DNA of 64,000 bases, from NCBI GenBank assembly GCA_002347965.1, contig DDYN01000031.1, positions 20,177 to 84,176 of the forward strand. Reading direction: 5' to 3'. The DNA comes from Nitrospirae bacterium UBA2233 (GTDB lineage: Bacteria; UBA2233). Each line of letters opens with the position of its first letter. The stretch's first letter is position 1. This document shows, piece after piece, positions 31,324 to 40,014 of the stretch. The notes under the pieces were generated by a model that saw only the letters and a program-made list of their open reading frames with translations, did not search any database and was not told the origin of the DNA. The position numbers were made by a program, and so were the translations under genes.

Positions 31324-32551
31324 TGACTTCTCCTACGCCGCATTGCTGAAAATGAGAAAGGAGGTGGCCTAATTTCTCGGACTTTGTCTTCAGGTAAAAA
31401 TAATTCTTCTCGTTTGGAGGGATTTCGATGGGCACGCGCTCGACAATATCAATCCCGTAACCCTTCAAGCTGACCACTTTTTTGGGGTTGTTCGTAAGGA
31501 GCCGAATGTTTCGTACCCCCAACTCCACCAAAATCTGGGCGCCGGTCCCGTAATCTCTCAGATCAGGCTTAAACCCAAGCCTTTCGTTCGCCTCGACCGT
31601 ATCCAGCCCCTCATCTTGGAGGGCATAGGCATGAATTTTATTTTTGAGCCCGATCCCCCTGCCCTCCTGGCGCATGTACACAAGAATGCCCTTGCCTTCT
31701 TTGCCGATCAAGTAAAGCGAAACGGCAAGCTGTTCCCCACAGTCGCACCGAAGCGACCCGAACACGTCACCAGTCAAGCACTCGGAGTGCATCCGCACAA
31801 GGACGGCGTCATCCGGACCGACGTCTCCTTTGACCAGCGCCACATGCTGCTTTTTGTCGATCTTGCTCTCGAACAAAAGAATTGAGCACTCTCCCGCTAG
31901 CCTTACCGGGAGCGTCGCCCTGGCTACCTCCTTTACAAGCCGCTCTCTTCTGATCCTGTAGGCAATCAAATCGGCGACCGTCAGGATCTTCAACCCATGA
32001 GTCTTTGCAAACGCTATCAGCTGAGGCATACGAGCCATCGTACCGTCCTCGTTCATGATCTCGCAGATCACGCCGTAAGGCTTGAGACCTGCAAGCCTGG
32101 CCAAATCGACTGACCCCTCTGTTTGCCCGGCTCGCACGAGGACTCCGCCGTTCTTGGCCCTTAAGGGAAAAATATGGCCTGGTACGGTGAAATCCGAAAG
32201 TACCGCATCGTCTTGAGTTGCCTTCAGGATGGTGATAGCCCTGTCAAAGGCGGATATGCCTGTCGTTACGTCTTTTTTGGCATCGATCGAAACCGTGAAA
32301 GCCGTCTGGTGGGGGGATGTGTTTTCGGGGACCATCATAGGAAGGCCAAGCGAGGCAACTTTTTCTTCCGTGAGCGTCAAACAGATCAACCCTTTGCCAT
32401 GCGTGGCCATAAAGTTGACGGCCTCGGGGGTAACCATTTGGGCTGCCATGAACAAATCACCCTCGTTCTCCCTATCTTCATCGTCCACCAGGATCAGCAT
32501 CCTGCCGGCTTGGATCTCTTCCAAGGCCTCTTCAACGGTCGCAAACGACAT
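31301..32551 (-). CDS. ribBA: Bifunctional 3,4-dihydroxy-2-butanone-4-phosphate synthase / GTP cyclohydrolase II
   Basis: 416 aa; DHBP synthase N-half (ENEGDL) plus GCHII C-half (CxxC...C zinc motif RCDCGEQL). Confidence 0.9.
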   Translation of the reverse strand: MSFATVEEALEEIQAGRMLILVDDEDRENEGDLFMAAQMVTPEAVNFMATHGKGLICLTLTEEKVASLGLPMMVPENTSPHQTAFTVSIDAKKDVTTGISAFDRAITILKATQDDAVLSDFTVPGHIFPLRAKNGGVLVRAGQTEGSVDLARLAGLKPYGVICEIMNEDGTMARMPQLIAFAKTHGLKILTVADLIAYRIRRERLVKEVARATLPVRLAGECSILLFESKIDKKQHVALVKGDVGPDDAVLVRMHSECLTGDVFGSLRCDCGEQLAVSLYLIGKEGKGILVYMRQEGRGIGLKNKIHAYALQDEGLDTVEANERLGFKPDLRDYGTGAQILVELGVRNIRLLTNNPKKVVSLKGYGIDIVERVPIEIPPNEKNYFYLKTKSEKLGHLLSHFQQCGVGEVNGDGKDV

Positions 32552-32561
32552 GCATGCCTCC

Positions 32562-33209
32562 TTAAAAAAAACCGTGCTCTTGGAGCAGGTCCAAGCTGAT
32601 CGTTTCTTTTACGGCCACTTTTCCACGTTTGGCGCCCAAGAGCCTTTCTACGTACTTGGCCAAAACATCTACCTCCAGGTTGACCGACTCTCCAGCCTTG
32701 ACATATTGAAGCGTCGTGTGCTCACGCGTCAAGGGAAGGACCGCAACGGCGAAGCATTCTTCGTTCGTACCTAGCTCGGCTACCGTAAGCGAAACGCCAT
32801 CGACGGCGATGGAGCCTTTCTCGGCGATGTAGGCCATGAGCCGCTTGGGCGGCTCTACCCACACGAGCATCTGGTTGGGCCCTGCCGCCAGGTTCATCGC
32901 TCTTCCAACGCCGTCGACATGCCCCTGGACGATGTGCCCGCCGAGCCTCCCGCCGAGCCGAAGCGCTCTTTCTAAGTTAACCAACGCCCCTGGCCGCTTT
33001 CTTTGGAGCGTCGAACGCACGAGCGTTTCCTTCGAAACTTCGGCCCGAAACCATTCTTTGCTCCGTGCGATTACGCTCAAACAAACGCCGTCCACGCTGA
33101 CACTCTCGCCAATATCGAGCTCTAAGGACTTCGCGGTAAACCCGATCTCGAGAAACCCAGCCCCCGCGGCCCTTACGACGCCCAGAGTTTCGATCAACCC
33201 TGTGAACAC
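32562..33209 (-). CDS. ribE: Riboflavin synthase (alpha subunit)
   Basis: 215 aa; [10 protein letters not shown]... duplicated lumazine-binding halves. Confidence 0.9.
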   Translation of the reverse strand: MFTGLIETLGVVRAAGAGFLEIGFTAKSLELDIGESVSVDGVCLSVIARSKEWFRAEVSKETLVRSTLQRKRPGALVNLERALRLGGRLGGHIVQGHVDGVGRAMNLAAGPNQMLVWVEPPKRLMAYIAEKGSIAVDGVSLTVAELGTNEECFAVAVLPLTREHTTLQYVKAGESVNLEVDVLAKYVERLLGAKRGKVAVKETISLDLLQEHGFF

Positions 33210-34363
33210 GGGGGGTTTGCCTTTTTGAGGACAATAAGGATATCCGGCCCGTTGCGCCGGATACCGGCTAACTCCAAGGATAGCGCGTCTTCGATGGAAC
33301 GAACTCCGGTTTCTTGAATAAACGGCACGCCGTGCATTCCGATAAGTTTGGGTGCCATGTTTAGGTATAGCGTATCATAGCGCCCCGAAAGGATGAAGGA
33401 GGTCAATACTCGAGACCCCCCCTCGACCAGTATGTTCACAACCTCCTTCGACCCAAGAACCCTAAGGACATCCCCTAAGTCAACGCCGCCCACGGCGGAA
33501 TTTCCAGCGGCGACAAATACACTCACCCCCCTAGCAAGAAGCGCTTCCTTGCGGGCGGAATCGTGCTCGGAAGAGCAGAAGACCCACGTCTTGGAAGCGT
33601 CCTCATCCGCCACAATGGAGGCGTCCAAGGGCACCCGGAGGTGCGAATCCAGGAGGACGCGGATAGGCTTTTTTCGAACCCTGCCTAGGGCATCCCGGGC
33701 TGTAAGCCTCGGGTTGTCGGCAATGACCGTTTCCACGCCGACTAGGATCGCGTCCGCTCGAAGGCGGAGTTCGTGGGCGAAAGAAAGGCCGTGCTTCGAG
33801 CTTATCCACTTGGAGCTTCCGTCCGGGGCGGCAATTTTACCGTCCAGCGAAACGGCCGCCTTGAGCACAACGCGGGGCAACCGTGTGCGGACCCACTGGA
33901 AATAGTCCTCGTTGACCTGAAAACAGGAGCGGCTGAGCACGCCGAGCGAAACATCGAGGCCTGCACGGCTCAAACGCTCCACGCCCTTGCCGGATACGAG
34001 CGGGTTTGGGTCGAGCGTCCCGATGACAACCCTACGAATTGGAGGAGAGTGCTTTAGGATGATTTCCGTGCAGGGGGCCGTCTTCCCGAAATGGTTGCAG
34101 GGTTCTAGCGTACAGTAAAGCGTAAGGACTTGGCATTTGTCAAAAGAAGCTCCCAAACGCCTCTTGGCATCCTCGATCGCCTCAACCTCGGCGTGGGCTT
34201 TGCCAAAGGCCTTGTGATAGCCCTGACCAACAAGCTCATCTCGACAGACAAGCACGCACCCGACATAAGGGTTGGGGTGAGTTTTGCCCAGGCCCTTCGT
34301 TGCAAGCCGAAGGGCCTTGCGCATCCAAGAGGCATCCTTGTTTGCATCCGAAACAACGCTCAT
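33194..34363 (-). CDS. ribD: Bifunctional riboflavin biosynthesis deaminase/reductase
   Basis: 389 aa; CMP/dCMP deaminase zinc motif (HAE...PCxxC: TLEPCNHFGKTAPC) plus a C-terminal RibD reductase domain. Confidence 0.9.
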   Translation of the reverse strand: MSVVSDANKDASWMRKALRLATKGLGKTHPNPYVGCVLVCRDELVGQGYHKAFGKAHAEVEAIEDAKRRLGASFDKCQVLTLYCTLEPCNHFGKTAPCTEIILKHSPPIRRVVIGTLDPNPLVSGKGVERLSRAGLDVSLGVLSRSCFQVNEDYFQWVRTRLPRVVLKAAVSLDGKIAAPDGSSKWISSKHGLSFAHELRLRADAILVGVETVIADNPRLTARDALGRVRKKPIRVLLDSHLRVPLDASIVADEDASKTWVFCSSEHDSARKEALLARGVSVFVAAGNSAVGGVDLGDVLRVLGSKEVVNILVEGGSRVLTSFILSGRYDTLYLNMAPKLIGMHGVPFIQETGVRSIEDALSLELAGIRRNGPDILIVLKKANPPCSQG

Positions 34364-34378
34364 AAGTTGCCCGCGCGG

Positions 34379-35608
34379 CTAGGCGTAGAGAGGAAACGCC
34401 TCACAAAGCTCTAGAACACGGTGCTGTACGCGCAATTTCACGCTTTCGTCGTCCTTTTGCTTGAAGACATCGGCGATCAGACGTCCGACTTCTTCGGACT
34501 CCTGGCCGGTAAACCCGCGGGTTGTGATCGCAGGGGTTCCTATCCGGATACCGCTCGTCACTCCGGGAGGTAAAGGATCAAACGGGATGACATTCTTGTT
34601 CGTCGTAATGCCCACCTGCTCCAGCAAGCTCTCGGCCTGCTTGCCCGTAAGGCCAACGGAGCGGACGTCCAAAAGGAGCATATGCGTGTCCGTTCCGCCG
34701 CTCACGAGCCTAATTCCAGCTGCTTCGAAAGCCCTGCTCATCGCGCGGGCGTTCTCAACCACCCGTCGTTGGTAGGCTCGGAATTCCTCCGTGGAAGCCT
34801 CTTGAAACGCAACGGCCTTTGCCGCGACGACGTTCATCAGCGGGCCGCCCTGTATTCCTGGAAACACGGCCTTGTCGATGCTTTGGGCATGCTGCTGCCT
34901 GGTGAGGACAACCCCGCCTCTCGGGCCCCTTAACGTTTTATGCGTGGTAAAGGTTACATACTCACAGAATGGGACGGGGTTTGGAAACAGCCCAGCCACG
35001 ATAAGCCCCGCATAATGGGCCACGTCCGCCATGAGCTTGGCCCCGACCTCGTCCGCAATCTCACGGAAAGGTTCGAATGGGATCGTTCTTGGATAGCTCG
35101 ACGCTCCGACAACGATAAGCTTCGGCCGAACCTTCATGGCCTGGAGACGTACTCGGTCAAAGTCGATCCGCTCGGTTTTTTCATCCACCCCGTAGGAATG
35201 GACATCGTAAAGGATACCGGAAAAATTTACAGGGCTTCCGTGGCTTAAATGCCCGCCATGCTTCAAGTCCATGGCCAAGATGGCATCGCCCGGCTTGAGG
35301 CAGGAGAACAAAACGGCCATGTTCGCCTGCGTTCCAGAATGGGGCTGAACGTTGGCATGCTCCGCCCCAAAAAGACGTTTAACCCTGTCGATCGCCAAGG
35401 TTTCCGCCCGGTCCATGTACAGGCAGCCGCCGTAGTAGCGCTTGCCAGGGTAGCCTTCGGCGTATTTATTCGTCATCACGCTGCCAAGCGCCTCGAGGAC
35501 CTCCTTTGAGGTAAAATTCTCCGAAGCGATGAGCTCCAGCCCCTCTCTTTGGCGTTCCGTCTCATGCTGAATAACGGCGGCAATTTCAGGGTCAATCTCT
35601 CTTAACAT
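34379..35608 (-). CDS. glyA: Serine hydroxymethyltransferase
   Basis: 409 aa; PLP site [12 protein letters not shown]. Confidence 0.95.
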   Translation of the reverse strand: MLREIDPEIAAVIQHETERQREGLELIASENFTSKEVLEALGSVMTNKYAEGYPGKRYYGGCLYMDRAETLAIDRVKRLFGAEHANVQPHSGTQANMAVLFSCLKPGDAILAMDLKHGGHLSHGSPVNFSGILYDVHSYGVDEKTERIDFDRVRLQAMKVRPKLIVVGASSYPRTIPFEPFREIADEVGAKLMADVAHYAGLIVAGLFPNPVPFCEYVTFTTHKTLRGPRGGVVLTRQQHAQSIDKAVFPGIQGGPLMNVVAAKAVAFQEASTEEFRAYQRRVVENARAMSRAFEAAGIRLVSGGTDTHMLLLDVRSVGLTGKQAESLLEQVGITTNKNVIPFDPLPPGVTSGIRIGTPAITTRGFTGQESEEVGRLIADVFKQKDDESVKLRVQHRVLELCEAFPLYA

Positions 35609-36081
35609 CGCTCTTGGCCTATATCGCCTATATCGTCCATCATACGAACGCGCCTCAAGTGTCTTCCTCCATCAAACGGCGTGACCATCCAAGCCTTCAT
35701 CACTTCCAACGCCGTCTTTGTATCGAGGAACGCGGCGGGGAGGACGAGCACGTTGGCATCGTTGTGAGCCCTGGATAACTTGGCAACCTCCTCGCTCCAG
35801 GCAAGCGCCGCCCGGACCCCCCGCAAACGATTGGCCATAATACTCATCCCCACGCCCGACCCACACAAGAGCACGCCACGAAAATGGGACGAGATGGCCA
35901 CCTTCCGGGCCAGACGCAGGGCAATCAGCGGATAATCCACGCTTTCTTCGTCAAAGCTCCCAACATCCTCAACATCGAGGCCACTCTCTGCAAGGTACCC
36001 TACAACGACCCGCTTCAGAGAAAAGCCTCTATGGTCCGCACCCACGAACCAGCGGGAAACCTCCGGATGCCCTTGGCTCAT
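35602..36081 (-). CDS. rpiB: Ribose-5-phosphate isomerase B
   Basis: 159 aa; [15 protein letters not shown] RpiB/LacAB motif. Confidence 0.85.
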   Translation of the reverse strand: MSQGHPEVSRWFVGADHRGFSLKRVVVGYLAESGLDVEDVGSFDEESVDYPLIALRLARKVAISSHFRGVLLCGSGVGMSIMANRLRGVRAALAWSEEVAKLSRAHNDANVLVLPAAFLDTKTALEVMKAWMVTPFDGGRHLRRVRMMDDIGDIGQERC

Positions 36082-36314
36082 GCCTTGACGCGCTGCTTGA
36101 TGTAGTCGATCGTGTCTTGAACGGTACGGATTTTTTCGAGCTCATCGTCCGAAATCTCGATGTCAAACTCTTCTTCCAGCGCCATGACGAGCTCCACGAC
36201 ATCGAGCGAGTCGGCCCCTAGGTCGTCCACGTAAGAGGACTCGTTGGCTACCTCCTCTAAGCTCAGGCCTAGCTGTTCGGCAATGATCTCTTTGACCCTC
36301 TTTTCGATGTCCAT
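36078..36314 (-). CDS. acpP: Acyl carrier protein
   Basis: 78 aa; phosphopantetheine-attachment motif [11 protein letters not shown]. The stop overlaps the rpiB start as ATGA. Confidence 0.9.
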   Translation of the reverse strand: MDIEKRVKEIIAEQLGLSLEEVANESSYVDDLGADSLDVVELVMALEEEFDIEISDDELEKIRTVQDTIDYIKQRVKA

Positions 36315-36340
36315 TCACGTTCTCCTTTTGAGTGGTTCAC

Positions 36341-37366
36341 TTAATTCCCGTCGTAAAGTGTAGAGAGTTTTTTCAAGAGCTCTTTGGTTTCCATGCCTTC
36401 GATGATTCGCTTTCCTACCTCTTTTTCGTTGCACTCTTTTGCCCTTCGAAGCGCATTCAGGATTGCCCTTGCCGAGGAGCGCCCGTGTGCAACCAGGACA
36501 ACCTCGTCAATCCCCAAGAGCGGGGCCCCCCCGTAAGCTTCGTAATCGTAGGCCTTCAGGAAGGAAGAGAGTGGACGCTTGATTAACGCGCCTCCCAAGC
36601 GCGAAAGAATACTCTTCCCAACCACCGAACGAAGGCCGCTCGAGAGGACTTCGTACACGCCCTCCATACTCTTAAGCGCAATATTCCCGTAAAACCCGTC
36701 GGCAACCACAACGTTCGCAACGCCCTTGAGAAGGTCCCTTCCCTCTACGTTCCCGATGAAGTTAAGGCCGGATATCCTAAGGAGCTTGTTCGCCCGTTTG
36801 GTCAGCTCGTTTCCCTTGTCATGCTCCTCCCCGCAGGAGAGCACGGCTACAGAAGGGTTTTCGAGCCCATGGATTGTTTTTGCGTACACTTCCCCCATGA
36901 ACGCAAACTGCACGAGATGGTAAGGCTTGCAATCTACGTTCGCCCCGGCATCGATCAATAAGGCGGGCTGGTCTCCGGACGGAAGCGGGATGGCGATGGC
37001 CGGCCGATCTACCGTCTTTAGGCGGCCGAGCGTAAAAAACGCGCTGGCCATGACCGCCCCGGAATTCCCCGCGCTGACGAAGGCGCCTATTTTTCCGTCC
37101 CGAAGGAGCTCCATCCCGACGGCAATCGTGGAAGATCGCTTCTTTCGAAGGGCATGCGATGGGGATTCACCCATCCCAACGACCTCGGGAGCGTGGACAA
37201 CCTCAATTTCCCGCGCGGTTGGGCTGTGCCTCCGGAGTTCATCCCTCAGAACCTCTTTAGGGCCGACCAGAACCACGTCGAGCCCTTCTTGGAGCGCGGC
37301 GAGCGCGGCGCCGATGCATACACCGGGAGAGTGATCCCCTCCCATCGCATCGAGGCCGATCTTCAC
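36341..37366 (-). CDS. plsX: Phosphate acyltransferase PlsX
   Basis: 341 aa; MKIGLDAMGGDHSP N-terminus. Confidence 0.9.
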   Translation of the reverse strand: MKIGLDAMGGDHSPGVCIGAALAALQEGLDVVLVGPKEVLRDELRRHSPTAREIEVVHAPEVVGMGESPSHALRKKRSSTIAVGMELLRDGKIGAFVSAGNSGAVMASAFFTLGRLKTVDRPAIAIPLPSGDQPALLIDAGANVDCKPYHLVQFAFMGEVYAKTIHGLENPSVAVLSCGEEHDKGNELTKRANKLLRISGLNFIGNVEGRDLLKGVANVVVADGFYGNIALKSMEGVYEVLSSGLRSVVGKSILSRLGGALIKRPLSSFLKAYDYEAYGGAPLLGIDEVVLVAHGRSSARAILNALRRAKECNEKEVGKRIIEGMETKELLKKLSTLYDGN

Positions 37367-37382
37367 GCAACCCTCTTCATGG

Positions 37383-37574
37383 CTAAGAGGCCGCCTCCGC
37401 CTTCTTCTTTAAAACAACGCGCCCCTTGTAGGTTCCGCACGAAGGACATACGCAGTGAGGCTGCTTCGGTTCGCGACATTTGGGGCATCGCGAGAGCGTC
37501 GGAGGAACCACTCGAAAGTGTGAACGGCTTTTGTCTCTTCTTGCGCGGGAGTGCCTGTACTTTGGTTGTGCCAT
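37383..37574 (-). CDS. rpmF: 50S ribosomal protein L32
   Basis: 63 aa; MAQPKYRHSRARRDKSRSH... with CPKC...CPSC zinc ribbon. Confidence 0.9.
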   Translation of the reverse strand: MAQPKYRHSRARRDKSRSHFRVVPPTLSRCPKCREPKQPHCVCPSCGTYKGRVVLKKKAEAAS

Positions 37575-37589
37575 AAATAACCTTCTTTG

Positions 37590-38159
37590 CTACGTTGTTG
37601 GCTCGTTTCGTTGCTTGGTCTGAACAATCAAGTCGCGTAGGCTTAAGGCCGCCCCTTCATTGGAACACGAACACGAAGAGAGGTTGAGATTGACCCCGCA
37701 ATTTGGGCACAGGCCGCGACACCCTTCACGGCAGACCGGGTTGATCGGCATCTCCAAAAAAACGGGTTCCATAAGAAAAGGAAACAAGTCGATGGAATGC
37801 CCTTGGTAGGTCGCCACAACGTCCCCCTCATCCTTAGGGTCGAGGGCCGGTAGCTCCCCTTGCGGGATGAAGGTAAGGTCGATTTCGCGTGCAACCGCAA
37901 AGGCAAACCTCTCCGCGCATCGCGAACATACATCCGAAAGGCTTGCATGGTTGACCCCATGGATATGGACCCATTCTTGGTCGTTCTTTTCGAGATCGAG
38001 CGCGAACGAAAGCCCTTCTACTTTGAGAAACGCCATCCCTTTGAGCGTCTTAACGGCCTCCATCAAAGGAGCCTCACGCTCGCGCGAGTCATAACGGACG
38101 GCGCTCTGGCCGGCTGGGATGCCCTGCACGTTTAAGGTAAACCCCTTGAGCATTTCCAT
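37590..38159 (-). CDS. yceD: YceD/DUF177 family protein (23S rRNA accumulation protein)
   Basis: 189 aa; C-terminal Cys cluster (CREGCRGLCPNCG) and a conserved position upstream of rpmF-plsX. Confidence 0.8.
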   Translation of the reverse strand: MEMLKGFTLNVQGIPAGQSAVRYDSREREAPLMEAVKTLKGMAFLKVEGLSFALDLEKNDQEWVHIHGVNHASLSDVCSRCAERFAFAVAREIDLTFIPQGELPALDPKDEGDVVATYQGHSIDLFPFLMEPVFLEMPINPVCREGCRGLCPNCGVNLNLSSCSCSNEGAALSLRDLIVQTKQRNEPTT

Positions 38160-38348
38160 GGCAAAGGCCTTTTTCGCCCGAGAAAGAGCGCTTTTATTAT
38201 AATTGCCATACTTCTATTGTCAAGCAAGCCATCATCGCTTGCAGCGAGAGTTGTTTTCGCCTACACTTAAAAAACGAAGTCCCGCCGGCACTGGTGAGGC
38301 CTGATATTTTCACTATACACGAGAACTGACCCGGAGGAAAGAAACACC

Positions 38349-38630
38349 ATGGCACAGCACAAAAGTGCGATCAAGCGCTACAAGCAAAGCTTGCGGAACA
38401 GGGCGGCAAACAGGACGTACAAGGCTACCATAAAGACGGCCGCCAAGAAGGCTATAGGCTTAGCCACGGCAGAAGGAAAAACGGAGCAGAGCCTTGAGGC
38501 CATGAAGACGGCTGTTTCCTTGATCGCCAAGGCTGCCCAAAGGGGTATAATGCATCGCAACACCTCGAGGCGAAAAATCTCCAAGCTCATGCGTACGACG
38601 AATGGAACAAAGCAGGCCTCGGCCTCTTAA
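38349..38630 (+). CDS. rpsT: 30S ribosomal protein S20
   Basis: 93 aa; MAQHKSAIKRYKQSLRNRAANR...; RBS ggaggaaag upstream. Confidence 0.9.
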   Translation: MAQHKSAIKRYKQSLRNRAANRTYKATIKTAAKKAIGLATAEGKTEQSLEAMKTAVSLIAKAAQRGIMHRNTSRRKISKLMRTTNGTKQASAS

Positions 38631-39502
38631 AAAACCCGGGGCCGGGTTTTTTGAAGCAGCGTTTGTGCAAGGCTAAGCTCTACGACGAGAGCCTTAGGAA
38701 GCCTGCTTGTTTTGAGCGTGATCTCGAGCTCACCCAGGGTCTGTAAGTGCTCATTGTCGAGCGTGTTGAACTTAAGCAGGTTTTGGCGTACCCGCCAAAC
38801 AAGCGCCCCAAGGACGGAGAACGCCGAAGAGGCGTTTGAATACAGCTTGGCGGTCTCCTTGAACAGGTCAGGGTTCTTTTGCTCAAGCATGCGTAAAACC
38901 TCAAACGCATCGGCCTGGACGGACCCAGGGGGCGAAAGGGCGCCTTCTTGGCCGGTTAGGAGCATCTTTTCGAGCTCATAGCAGGCCTGGAGCGTGTCGT
39001 ATTTATAGTGCTCCCACAGGAAGCGCTTTGCCTCGGTGGAAACAGATCCGCCAAACTCCTCCAAAAGACCCTTTAAGCGCGCGCCCCAAAGTGATTTTTG
39101 CTGCCTGTCTCCATCTATTACGGTTGCAGTATCCAGTACAAAAGAAAACAGCGGGTTGTCCGGCAGAGGCTCCTCGGCTAGGAATACGACGGTTGTACGT
39201 ACAGGCAGGGCAAGGAGTGCCTTTTCCCAACGACGAACCCCTTGAGACTTCCCATCTACGGAAGGAAATTTATCGAAGGCGATCATCCGAGCGCTAGCAA
39301 ACAGTGGAGGGACCGAAAGGAGCCTTAGCAGCCCTTCGTAGCCATCATCTTGGACCGGATCGATTCGTAAAAAACCAAGCATACGGTCCTGATCGCCCGG
39401 AAGCTTCTCGGCAAGGAGCCGCTCCAGGAGCGTTCTTCGTGTTAGGTTGTCCCTGGCGACGATCAGGTAAATGGTGTTTGCATCCATGTCGCTCAAGCTC
39501 AA
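38627..39502 (-). CDS. holA: DNA polymerase III subunit delta
   Basis: 291 aa helical AAA-lid-like protein in the conserved leuS-lptE-holA arrangement. Sequence motifs alone are weak; the assignment relies mostly on context. Confidence 0.65.
   Translation of the reverse strand: MSLSDMDANTIYLIVARDNLTRRTLLERLLAEKLPGDQDRMLGFLRIDPVQDDGYEGLLRLLSVPPLFASARMIAFDKFPSVDGKSQGVRRWEKALLALPVRTTVVFLAEEPLPDNPLFSFVLDTATVIDGDRQQKSLWGARLKGLLEEFGGSVSTEAKRFLWEHYKYDTLQACYELEKMLLTGQEGALSPPGSVQADAFEVLRMLEQKNPDLFKETAKLYSNASSAFSVLGALVWRVRQNLLKFNTLDNEHLQTLGELEITLKTSRLPKALVVELSLAQTLLQKTRPRVF
38631..38654. terminator. Perfect GC-rich hairpin flanked by an A-run and a T-run (aaaaacccgg-gg-ccgggtttttt); bidirectional intrinsic terminator for rpsT. 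It lies within the last 9 codons of the convergent holA.
   Basis: Read directly: 38627 ttaaaaaacccggggccgggttttttgaag. The rpsT and holA stop codons share the TTAA palindrome at 38627-38630. Confidence 0.6.
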
Positions 39503-40014
39503 AATGGATAGAGGATCCTCTCGGAAATGTCCCTGGCCAAATCCGCTGAAACCGCCTGCATGGCCTGTTTGCGATTCTGTTCCGCCTCCAGGATGCTCGG
39601 AAGGAACAGGTATTGACCGAACCTGGTCAAGAATGGGTCCTTCCAGTACACCTCTTCAGAAGAGGCACGCCTTAGGCGAACCTCCGCGATCATCGTCAAG
39701 CGATACTCGGCCACGTTATCCTGCTTGTTGTAGGCAAACGCCCGCGTACGAACTTCTTGGACCCTACCCTCGAGGACAGCATCGGCAGAGCCCTCGTCGT
39801 AGACAAGCCGCACACCGGAAGCCCCTTGGAGCCGTTCGATAAGGGCGGCGTAAAGCCACTGTTCCACCCCGATCTCTTCCGAGCCGTTTATAAACTTTTT
39901 GACCAATACGCTCTTGTAAGGAAGGTCTGCCTGTGCGCGATACCCAACCCTGTACCCGCAAGAAAGGGCAAAAAGGGCGAGAAAGACGACGGACCATGCC
40001 CTACCGCGTAACAA
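39499..40014 (-). CDS. lptE: LPS-assembly lipoprotein LptE-like (start taken at TTG 40014; ORF-track start 40068 would overlap leuS by 68 nt)
   Basis: Signal peptide MLRGRAWSVVFLALFALSCG with a lipobox Cys; ~170 aa; conserved position between leuS and holA. Confidence 0.6.
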   Translation of the reverse strand: MLRGRAWSVVFLALFALSCGYRVGYRAQADLPYKSVLVKKFINGSEEIGVEQWLYAALIERLQGASGVRLVYDEGSADAVLEGRVQEVRTRAFAYNKQDNVAEYRLTMIAEVRLRRASSEEVYWKDPFLTRFGQYLFLPSILEAEQNRKQAMQAVSADLARDISERILYPF

